Shown here piece after piece: positions 17,144 to 27,600 of a DNA stretch of 64,000 nt. Under the pieces are notes generated by a model. That model did no database searches. It worked only from the letters and a program-made list of their open reading frames with translations, and had not been told where the DNA came from. Both the position numbers and the translations under genes were made by a program. Source of the DNA: Guillardia theta CCMP2712 (Eukaryota; Protista; Cryptophyta); assembly GCF_000315625.1 (NCBI RefSeq), contig NW_005434636.1:141777-205776 (forward strand). The letters run 5' to 3'. Position 1 is the first letter of the stretch, and every line of letters starts with the position of its first letter.

Positions 17144-18963
17144 TTAATTGTGCGGGGGGATTTCCTGTATGCTCTTCGCGGCATCATCCTACAGCACAAA
17201 GTCACTCAACAACCCGGCGACATATAGAGGCAGAACACAAGGAGGAAGCGGTCACGTCGAGTTTACCTCCTCAGTGATGGTCCCTTCCGTCACGGTCTCA
17301 TCGCCAGCTTTGACAATCAGAGTTCCACCCTGGCAGGAAGAAGAGGAGGTCAAAAGTCAATACTCTAGTCAAGCACAGTATACCTGCTTCATGGTGGTCG
17401 GTTGACCTCCCATGACCTGCAAGTCGACCGCCAACGGTCAGGATTCAGTTTGAGGCATCGTGTAAGCATTGCCTTCGCTCGAATCTCATAAACTTTCCCA
17501 ATGATTTTGTCTTCGAAACTTACTTGTATGACCTTATGCTTTACCTGAAAGATGCTGTCACGAGCTAAAACTGACTGGCATCACGGCTCCTTCACCTGCT
17601 GCGAATCGACAAAAGTGCAAGGAATCCACCCTGATCTATTCCATGGATTGTCCATCTCCCGACATTGAATACAAATAGCATCCCCATCAAATTTGTCTCT
17701 AGAGATCTTTGTCAGTGAAGCAATCACAGACTTCGGTGCGCAGTATGACCTGTGCACTTCCACAACAAATTTTCCACTTGGATGAGAAATAATCCGTCCC
17801 CAGTCCTTCCTCGGTGGTGTTGGGACGTTTCGTGACTAGGGGAATCAATAATCAATCGTCCACCTTCTCATCGTACGCAAGGAACATGGTGGCTTTACCT
17901 TGACCCCATTTGCAGTCGCCGCATCATGTTGCATGACCGGCTGAACTTGAGAATAATCTGGAACCATGGCAGGAGAGGGCGGAGGAACTCCCATCGCCTG
18001 CGAATAAGATCCCATGCCTGGGGGAAAACTTCCCATGGAAGGGGGGAAATTTCCGATACCCTGGCAGACATTTCAATCTTCTGCGTTTGGCTACTTTCAA
18101 TACATACGGGCATGGGAATACTTGAGACTGGAACAAGAGTCGCTTCTTGGCAACGCACCAACTCTGACTCTGAGCCTGCAACAAGACAAGTTCATCAAAA
18201 TGGTCAGAGATACTGTAACTAGCATACCTGTAGAGCAATGAATAGTGTACCCCATAGTCCCATCTCCCCTCGGATAAAACCTTCGCTTTATCATGGATAC
18301 ACTTGGTCCATCCATAGTAGCGACATAACAAAATCCCGTTGACTATGTTCAAACAATCAAGACTTGGAAAAACCGACGTTGAACAAAGATTCACATGAAA
18401 TTCAATCCCGAATTCTCCTATCTCGCCTTCTGACACAAAGTTCAGCCCCGTGACCTGGACAAACATTCCATTCTCAGATTCATCATGGGCTGTTGTGGGA
18501 TGAAACCTGAGAAACAACCATCTGCGCTCGGCCTGGTCCTCCCGCCAAGGCTCCAAAACGAAGAAACCCCGTCTCGAGATGTAGAGGCATATGATCACTA
18601 CTTCGCCAGGTTCTCTGTTTGCCCACAGGGAGGTAACCAAAACAGACAACACGCAGTCAGATGTGCTAAGACAGTCCAAGGGCAAACAAGAAGACAGGCC
18701 ATAACTACCTGCTGATAGATGATAGCTGGTCGCCCGTACACAGGGGTGAAAGTCGCCTCCTCGTAGTACTGGATCTCTTCGGGCATTGTAGGAAAGCTCG
18801 CCTTGCCCGTACCACTCCACGAGCCAATCAGCCATGAAACCTGTTGCACCCCGTCCATCATCTGCTGCATTTGCATGCTCGGAGGGAACGCGAACGGGAC
18901 AACTCCAGGCATCATCGGCGGCATCATATGAGGATTGAATGGTGGACCCTCCCCGTACGGCAT
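17144..18963 (-). CDS. Nitrobindin/THAP4-like (DUF1794) beta-barrel fused to a Pro-rich linker and an unknown C-terminal domain
   Basis: VSWLIGSWSGTGKASFPT..QYYEEATF..GRPAIIYQQ|RTWRSSDHMPLHLETGFLR is the classic nitrobindin signature. Further exons continue to ...IQEIPPHN*. Confidence 0.85.
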
Positions 18964-19814
18964 CCCGCGCCTGCTCTTTGCCTTAGGGTCAGCCGCATCC
19001 TCGGCAGGATCGCGGGGGCGGCGCGGGGGCCGAGGTTTGTGATTAGGAGAGGACGTATTGCTTTCTCGCAAGAGAGCTATCAGCCTCAGTTGCACCAACA
19101 AGAAGGGACCCTTGAAGAGGACGTTGTTCAACGACCGAGTTCCAAAGGGATATCACCCAGCTCTCAACGACAAGAGACAACCTTACAGGGATTTCTTGCT
19201 GATGTTACCTGATCTTTCCCTTCAGCTTGATTACACTAGGCAATTCCCCTCGTTCTCGCTTCCCATCCCACAAAAAACTCCATCCAACCCAGGTTTTGAA
19301 TCTGACAAACACGTCAGTAGGGTATTTTATGATTGAAGAAGCCAAATGCGAAATGAGGCTGAGAAATAATTTGCTCATGAACAATCTTGCTACAAAAAGG
19401 AGTTTTTCATCCCTGCTATAGCTTGAATCTATGTAGTTTCATTTACACAAGAATTCCACTAACCAGCAACAAACCATGATTTCCCTAGTTCTCTCTTTCT
19501 CTCATACTCGGAACATGGGGAATTCCCTATCTATCAACATGTTCAAAGATAATCCAGTGTGTTTCCTTCCTCAGTGACTGCTGCTATCTGCTAACCGGCA
19601 ATGTGCCGTTCCTCAGCACGTGTGCTTCGACAAATCTGGAAATGTGACCTCACGCCTACCATTGATCAGCATGTCTTGCATTGCACATAGCAGCTTCTCA
19701 ATCGTCTTTTATCCTCGGTATCAATCTCTTTCATCCACTCGTTCGCTTCCTCTGCTTCTTCCTCCCTCCCTCCTTTCCTCTCCTCCCTACGCTCTCTTTC
19801 GCATTTCACATCTT

Positions 19815-20670
19815 AACCACCCACCCTTCGAATTCCATTACCCCACCCCTACGAACTAGAGACGTCTCTACCACCCAGCTAAGTTAAGTACCCCACCCTA
19901 ACAATTTGTCTTTTTTGTATCACCCCCTTGGTGATCCACCCACCTTAACTTGCTCAAATTAACCCCTCCTATGTCAGAGACCCACTCCCCTACCACCTTC
20001 ACGCCGTTACCCCTGGAAACTACGAACTAGGTACCACCCCCGAGCTATCCTTTTACCCACCCTCCCTGAGAAGATCACCCACCACCACGTTTAAGTATGC
20101 TCACCCCTCAAGATGAATACACCCTACCCCTACTTTCCTGCTGATACCCCATGTCTTTCCTTCAAAAGTACCGGTAGACAATAGTCCCTGATACCGGTAT
20201 CCGTATTACCTGACCCCTCCGATATCTGCCCGACTTGGTGAGCACCCGTACAATCCATCACACCAGCACCCTACCCTGCCATAGATCCCCCCAGGTTGAA
20301 ACCGCCTGATGATTATTCGGTAGATATTTCAATTGTCCATATAAATATTGAAAGATAAACATTACATTACCAATATTTATTTTGTTTGGGGGTATGATTG
20401 GAAATGTAGAAGGGGTAGGGTGGGTCCTATGAAAACGATTTTGAACGGAGAGAAGGGGGTACTTGATGGAAAAGGGGCGGTGGTAGCTCAACATGCAAGC
20501 AGAGGATCTTGGGCGAAGGGTAGGTGGGTACTTCTTGAGGACGCAGGGTGGGTACTTGTAAGAACAATTCAGTGGAATATGGGTGGGTGGGTGATGTACC
20601 CCCGGGTACAGTAGTCCACCAGACCGGTAACGGGTGACTGAAGGGATAGGTGGGGGTGGGTTGTACACCG
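19815..20670. other. Intergenic CACCC/TACCC motif array, AT-rich core, then mirrored GGGTG/GGGTA array
   Basis: About 20 C-rich motifs at ~15-30 nt spacing (19815-20295), AT-rich core (20320-20387), then complementary motifs (20388-20665). Confidence 0.7.
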
Positions 20671-20769
20671 GAAGGTCAGGAGAGTTTTTCCCTGCGGTTA
20701 CGTGTGAGCTATGAAAGTTTATCAGGATCGTTCAAAGTTCTGAAGTTTCAAAGTTGGTGGTCAGAGCCT

Positions 20770-21375
20770 CACTGCCGTCCGTCCGAGCCCGGAACTGAAG
20801 CGCCTCCGGGCCGGCCGCGGCCGGGCGGCCGCCCGGCCGCGCGATGATCCGGCGGGGTCACCCCGCCGCGCGCGACCAGGGGGGCACTCGATGGTGAGCT
20901 GCGTGACCGAGGGGGATGCGCCGAGCCTCGGACTCGTGAGGGACGACGGTGCCGGGCCGCCGCCGCGCCGGGGCCGGCGACCACGGCGCGCGGCGGCGGC
21001 GAGCCTCGAAGGGCCCGGGGGGCCGGTACCGCCCGGGGGCGAACGGCCAGACAGTCATCGCGGCGGCCGGGGCCGCGACGCGAGCGGCCCGGCCCGCCGG
21101 GCGGCCACGCCCACCCGGTCCGATCACCCCCGTGACGGAGTCTTGCCGCAGTCATGAACTTCCAGCCGGCCCGGGGCCCGGGCGCGGCCAGTCCCGCGCG
21201 CCGCCGCCTGCCAGGCTGGACTCCGGGGGGCCTCCGAGTGCCTCGGCGGAGTCGGGCGGCCGCGCCCGGCGGCCACCGTCACCTCGGACAAGTTGCGGCA
21301 GTCACTCTCGGGCCGGCGGCTCACGGGCGTCAGCGGGCGTCAGCGGGCCCGCACAGCACTGCACTGATCACGGCG
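20770..21375. other. Very GC/CpG-rich non-coding block (CpG-island-like)
   Basis: Dense CCGGCC/CGCG with GAGTC/TGATC words. ORFs in all frames are Arg/Pro/Gly/Ala low-complexity. Similar blocks occur at ~42100-42390, 57690-57800 and 59690-59930. Confidence 0.7.
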
Positions 21376-21646
21376 ACTTGAATATCTAGCAGAAAGCTGG
21401 ACGAACTTTGGAAACCGAGTTAAGATGAGAAATTCGAGGCCCGTGACTCGAGACGAACAAAGCAGTTGACATTTGGAAGTAAATCATCTCATGCTTTGCT
21501 CCCGCCATGAACTTGTTTGGGTGCAGAAGGAATTCACTGAGCCTATCAAAGTTGGTGGAACTGGCCTACAGTACTGAGAGTCGAAGTGATAGGATAGCTT
21601 TTCTTTCACTTTCTTGTTACAATCCAATCAAGTTCATCAGTTTGAC

Positions 21647-22184
21647 CTATGTCGCCCAATCAAGTAGGAGTGGCAATGCGCTCCTTGGTTGTTCATTCGA
21701 CCATACCTCTGTGTTCCCGCTGGACGACATGTACCACTCGATCCACTCCTCCTCTAGCGGTCCTCCACCTCTCTCCTCCACAACCTGCTCCTCCTCTCCT
21801 GCCTCTTGCCCACCTCGAGCCTCTGAGCTGCCTTCCTCGACCTGCTGCTGGCTACGGGGCTTGCGCTCGTAAGGCCAGCGGGAGATTCCGAGGCGGCGGC
21901 ATGCGCTCTTGAAGGCGGTGAGGGAGAGACCCTGAGGAAAGAGCGAGAGTGAGGGAGAGCACAGAAGGGAGAACGAGAGTGAGTGAGTGAGTGATGGAGG
22001 AAGGGAGGGAGGGAGATCACGGGAGGGGTACCAGGGAGGCGGCAGCTTTTGTCTGTGGGAGGTGGAAGAGAGTTTTGAGGGAGGAGGCCTTGAGGCTGAC
22101 GCCCCTGGAGCCCTTGTAGTACATGAGAGAGCCTTGAAGGATCTTCCGTCTTGGATGGATCAGGACAGTCGTGCTGCTTGCCAT
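21647..22184 (-). CDS. RWP-RK domain transcription factor, copy 1 (exons 22184-22032, 21931-21647)
   Basis: MASSTTVLIHPRRK...LKTLFHLPQTKAAASL|GLSLTAFKSACRRLGISRWPYERK...LEEEWIEWYM. Both exons are in frame (153+285 nt). Missed by the ORF track. Confidence 0.93.
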
Positions 22185-22961
22185 GATGCTTGCTCGAGAA
22201 TGCAGAGAGTCAGCTTTGGTTCCCTATCGACGGTTTTTGCTGGGGGGAGATGCGATGGCCACAACAGTATATCCTCCGAACCCCCTCATGTTACGCCTCT
22301 CTCGATATTTTTTTACTACAGCTTCCTCTGTCATCATTTATCCGGTCGGATCCTGACGTTTTGACTCTGAGGCAGACCTCCGAATTCAGGAGCGACGTGC
22401 TCAGTTGCAACGGTACGTACAAGATACGTGGCAGTGGTGTCCTGACATGACTGCTGTCTGTCCGCTAGTGCGACATGCACGTGTTTCTTTCCGATTGAAC
22501 ATGTGCATTGCATGAAAGGACACATACTCAAGTGTTATCCGGCATCATCCCTTAGAGTCTTGAGTTCTTCAGGACTGGTCGGGCGTCATACTAAGATGCT
22601 ACAGACATACAGGTAGACTTACAAATTTTCTCAGCGCGCGGCATCATGAACACAGGACAAGTACATTCAGCCATATCAGACACGAGATAAGATGATAGAT
22701 TGATGGTCGTGACTGAAAAGGTCAGTCAGAAACAAAGGGGGAGCTATCATCACCTTACTCGAGTGCTCTATGCATAAAGCTGGATTATTGTATTGATTTA
22801 TTAGATACAAGCAGCTACTTTCCTCTATACAACTCTTTCCATGCCTCAAATCCCACCTTGCTCCCTTCAGATCCAAAATGCTTCACATGCATCTTTCATC
22901 TTATGTTACAGTTCCAAACACTACCTGCTTACTTCGCTGTCCTCCTCCCTTCGGATGACTC

Positions 22962-23523
22962 TCACAACTCGTCATTTTCGCTAGACGACATGTACCACTC
23001 GATCCACTCCTCCTCTAGCGGTTCCTCTTCCTCCTCCTCTTCCTCTTCCTCTTGCTGCTGCTGCTCCTCCTCCTCCTCTCCTGCCTCTTGCCCACCTCGA
23101 GCCTCTGAGCTGCCTTCCTCGACCTGCTGCTGGCTACGGGGCTTGCGCTCGTAAGGCCAGCGGGAGATTCCGAGGCGGCGGCATGCGCTCTTGAAGGCGG
23201 TGAGGGAGAGACCCTGAGGAAAGAGCGAGAGTGAGGGAGAGCACAGAAGGGAGAACGAGAGTGAGTGAGTGAGTGAGTGAGTGAGTGAGTGAGTGATGGA
23301 GGAAGGGAGGGAGAACGAGAGTGAGTAAGTGAGTGATGGAGGAATGGAGGGAGGGAGATCACGGGAGGGGTACCAGGGAGGCGGCAGCTTTTGTCTGTGG
23401 GAGGTGGAAGAGGGCCTGCAAGGAGGAGGTCTTGAGGAGGACTTCAGTCCTCTTGTTGCAGGCAGGCAGCAGCAAGCCTTGGAGGATCTTCCGTCTTGGC
23501 TGAACTCGGACGGTGACGTTCAT
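22962..23523 (-). CDS. RWP-RK domain transcription factor, copy 2 (exons 23523-23374, 23213-22962)
   Basis: MNVTVRVQPRRK...LQALFHLPQTKAAASL|GLSLTAFKSACRRLGISRWPYERK...LEEEWIEWYMSSSENDEL*; 150+252 nt. Confidence 0.93.
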
Positions 23524-23957
23524 CTCGCGCTTTCGTGCCTTCTGCGGCAGTGGGAAATTCGACGGTCAAGATATCCGTGTACAGGTGGGGGATGGAGGGT
23601 GGGGTATTTGTACGGGGCGAGGGGGGTGAGGGAGGTCAGGAAGGGGGTAGTTCTGATTTGCACCCCCTAGGCGGACCCGCCGACGTCCATGTATCTTCCC
23701 GGGGCTCGATATCCGGGGAAAGCACGAGGTACCTGCAAGTTGAGTAAAACTTACCGGTACTGCGAGATCAGCTCGTGTCACCAGGCGCTGGGGTCGCATC
23801 GTCTCGATCCGACTGGATGCTGACAGTCGGTCATTTTCTGTCCCTGCGACCGCTCGGAACTTTCCGGTGCCCCTACAGCCTATCCTGGAGTCGATTTCCG
23901 TAGATCCCCTCTCTCCTACCTCCTGATCCCTCCCCCTCCCCTCCCCTCCCCTCCTCC

Positions 23958-24057
23958 NNNNNNNNNNNNNNNNNNNNNNNNNNNNNNNNNNNNNNNNNNN
24001 NNNNNNNNNNNNNNNNNNNNNNNNNNNNNNNNNNNNNNNNNNNNNNNNNNNNNNNNN
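23958..24057. other. Assembly gap (100 N) within a polypyrimidine tract
   Basis: Run of N flanked by (CCCCT)-like low-complexity sequence. Confidence 1.
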
Positions 24058-24666
24058 TCCCCTCCCCTCCCTCCGTCCCTCCCCCTCCCCTTCCTCCCAC
24101 CTCCCCTCCCCTCCCCCTCCTCCACCTCCCCTCCCTCTCTCTCCTCCCTCCCTCCTCACATCTTTCGCCTTCTGCTTTTCTGTGGTTTTTCATCGTCCCT
24201 TGTATTTCTCTTCCTCACCCTAGACTGCTTCGTTTCAAGAAATCGTGCTGCATTTCTATTGTCTCCCTCCTTTCATCTCCCTCTTTCGTTTTCTTCCTCT
24301 CCCTCTCCTCTCCTTCAATGTTCAAGTCGACTGCTCACTCATCTATCACTTTGTTTGCCTCTGTCCTTCATGAACGACATTCTGCTAATTTATTGCTGTT
24401 TTCTCCTCTCATTCAACGTTGAATGTAACCGCAGCTGGTAGGATTCTTTATTCGCTGACATTGTCTTTGTATTGCACTCAACCCATCTGTCAATTTTGTC
24501 TTCCGATCGTTTTTTTGGCTCCTTTGTCAATTCATATCAGTCATCGGTTTCCATCTCCTTCACTTGTAATCTTGAATTCGATTTGATGTATGGTGGAGTC
24601 TACCTCTTTTAAAGTGAAAGAATGCAGGGTCCTTTTGAGATAAAGCTTTGTATCAACATCTATGTG

Positions 24667-27600
24667 TTAGCTAGAGTACTGCAAATTACGGATTGCTTCT
24701 TGCTCGAGTAGAGCTAAGTCCGATACATCAAGCTCGTCCTCGTCCTCGTCCATCAAACTTGCTTGCATCCAGTGAGCAGGAGGCGCTTTGGCTGGCGTCT
24801 TTCCGATCTCCTGAGTCTTTGACCCTTCGGCTGGCTTGTCATCACGCTGCTGCAAGTTTGCCAGCGCTGAAGCCTCCAGCCGCTTCAATTCCTCCAAGTC
24901 CAAGTCATCCTCCTCGTCCTCGTCGTCCAGATCGAGTTTCAAGCTGGGAGCAGAGCTGGGCGCTGCCTCCGTCTTGATCTTCTTCGGCATCGCCTGCTCG
25001 TCAACATCCTTGTCATCCTCGAGGTTTCTCTTGAGCGCGCCCACCTCCCCAGCACGAAGTCCCTCAGTCACAGCTGTATCCTTGCTCGAGCTCTCCTCCA
25101 CCGACTCCCCTTGCACCTCTTCAGACTCTCCTCGTCCTGCCCCAACATGCTCGTCAACTGCAGATTCCGGTGCAGCATCATCGTCGGACAGAGGAGTCAG
25201 GGCGACAGTCGCTTCTTGTGCCTGCTCGCTCTCCTCAACGTTCGCAGAGACGCTCTTCTCCTCATCACGTGACGAGTGCGTTGAAAGCTTTGGAGGAAGG
25301 AGGGAGGTAGACAGCTTGGCTGCTTCAGTTTGTGTTGCTGTTTCTGCCTGAGAGCTGCTGGACGAGTTCAAGGTGTCCGCAGGTATGGATTCATCCTCAT
25401 CATCAGTATCGAAGGGCCCAGCATCTGTAGCGTTGCTGACGGTGTTGTCCACAGTCTGTTCGATATCGCTCTCTTCTGCCAACTCGAGGATCTCCTCATG
25501 TTCCTCTTGCTCGCTGTCTGTCTCCGCATTGCCATCAACGCTGTCTTGAGTGGTTGGCTGTGAGGTAGGATGCTGTGGCTGTGTCACTGTACAAAGTAAC
25601 TCACTTTCCTTGTGATCGGGAGAACTGCTGGCGGGGCTGTCTTCAAGGTTTGTTTCATCCTCATCGTCAGTGTCATCGAGAACAAGTTTAGCTCTTCTCG
25701 GATGCTTCTTCGCGATCGAGGTCGCACTCTCATCGTCTTCAGAGGGAGCGCTTGCTTCGTTTTCCCCTTGGGGAGGGAGATTGGTGGATTCATGTGACCC
25801 TGTGAGGGAGGAAGGTGCTGTCTCGTCTCCAGCTGGAGCCTCTTGTGTGTTCCTCCCTTCATCTTCACATCCTTGTGTCTCCCTGCCCTCAGATTCAACG
25901 AGGCACTCGTTGTCATCCTGCTCAAGGCTCGTTTGAACATCCTGCGATGCGCTGCTCTTTGGTCGCTTGTTAGCCTCGGCATTCTCGTCAACATCCTCCC
26001 GGGACCTCTTGGAGTTGCTCTGCTGTTGAGCTTCTTCCAGGCTGTTCGCGATCATCCTAGAAACCTTGCGGGCGAGCTTGGGGAGTTTCATCCTTTCCTT
26101 TCCACCGATCATCGCCCTGATCTTATCGTCGGGGAGGATGTAGCCATCATCATCAGGGTCAAAGAGATCGTGCAACTTGATGTAATCCAGCACAAAGGCC
26201 ATGGCCTCTTTGCGAGCCATTCGATCTCTGCCAACAAATTCTGCCAAGGGTCTGCTCAGGTACAGCAAGTCTTCAGCAGGCTCCTGCTGAGAGGTCGTCG
26301 ACTGCTCTAGCGTGCTTTCTTGTGTCTCAACTTTGGCGGGTTGGACGGGAGCATCATCGTTCTGTTGGAGGCGTTGCAAGATCGGCACATCATCATCTGA
26401 ATCGCTCACGACAGGTTTGTTTCTGACCGAGGTTGTAGCTCGAGAAAGGAGGCTCCTCTTTAACTTGGGCATTTTCACTTTCCTTTCTGGCTCATCCTTG
26501 CTTGCACTCTTGAACGACGACCCAACGAGGGCCTCAGACCGAACTTCTTGTGGAAGATCGAACTTGCAGCTCTGACAGCACACCCATATCGCATTCTCAT
26601 CTTTGATGTCGCCCTCTTCCAAACCAACACAAGGTCCGTGGAACCAAACCTCACACGCCTCGCAGAATACCATGAAGACGTCTACCACAGATCTGCCAAG
26701 CTTGCACGACCGCTTGCAGTGGATTTCGTTCGTTGAAGCACCAGGAGCTTCATGATGGTGGCCCTTGGTCTCTAGGAGGAACCATCTCTTCTTCGACGAG
26801 TTACCGTATTCGCCCTTGTTCAGGACGAGCTCTTTCTCTCCCGTCAGCGATCCCTTGGTGTCTTTGCTCCGAAAAGCCACTACCGCAACAACAGCATCTC
26901 CTCTGTTTTCCATAACATCTTTGATCCTGCATTGGAACCATTTCGACGAGTCATTCCAAAAGTACATGATATCTTTTCCCACTAAATTTCCAAGATCGAG
27001 AGATTCTTCGGATAAAGCCCTCAAGCCTCTCGACAAGGTACACCCATCTTTCTTGGAGGACTTGGCTCTCTCCTTCTTCGGCTTGCTTTCCGATGATCCA
27101 GAGCTCGCTGTCTTGCGCCTTCTTGGTTTTTGGGAACCAATGATCAGATTTCCTCGCCTGTCCTTCAACGGCAGATCATCAGCACAATCTGCCGAACAGA
27201 CCCAGTTATCGTCATCTGTCACGTTCCCATGTTTGACTCCGATACATTCTCCATGGAACCACACGTTGCACGTGTCACAGCAGATCATAAAGCTTCGGCT
27301 GTCCCATTTCCTCTCTTTCTTACATCCCTGTGTGCACATTTGTGCCTTGGCAACGTGATGGGTCTCTTCGGCCTCGGAATCTGTAAAGCATTTCAGCGCA
27401 TGCAGACAACTCAATCTGCCACCTGTTGCAAATGCAGCATCTTGATTCTCGTGCTCAACTTCTTCCTTGTCGTCGTCGTCCAACTCAGTCTCTGAATCTG
27501 TTCGCTCTCCACCTTCACTCTCAGTTGCTCCTGCTTCCCCTGAATCACTCATCTTTTCATCCGGCTGCTGGGGACTTGAATCAGGCTTCAGTCCCTCTGC

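Noticed and set aside
19815-20300. CRISPR-like appearance (short motif plus unique spacers)
   Set aside because: The motif is only 5-8 nt and degenerate, spacing is irregular, there are no cas genes, and the context is eukaryotic.
20769-21389. Overlapping Arg/Pro/Gly/Ala-rich ORFs
   Set aside because: An artefact of stop-codon scarcity in GC-rich DNA.
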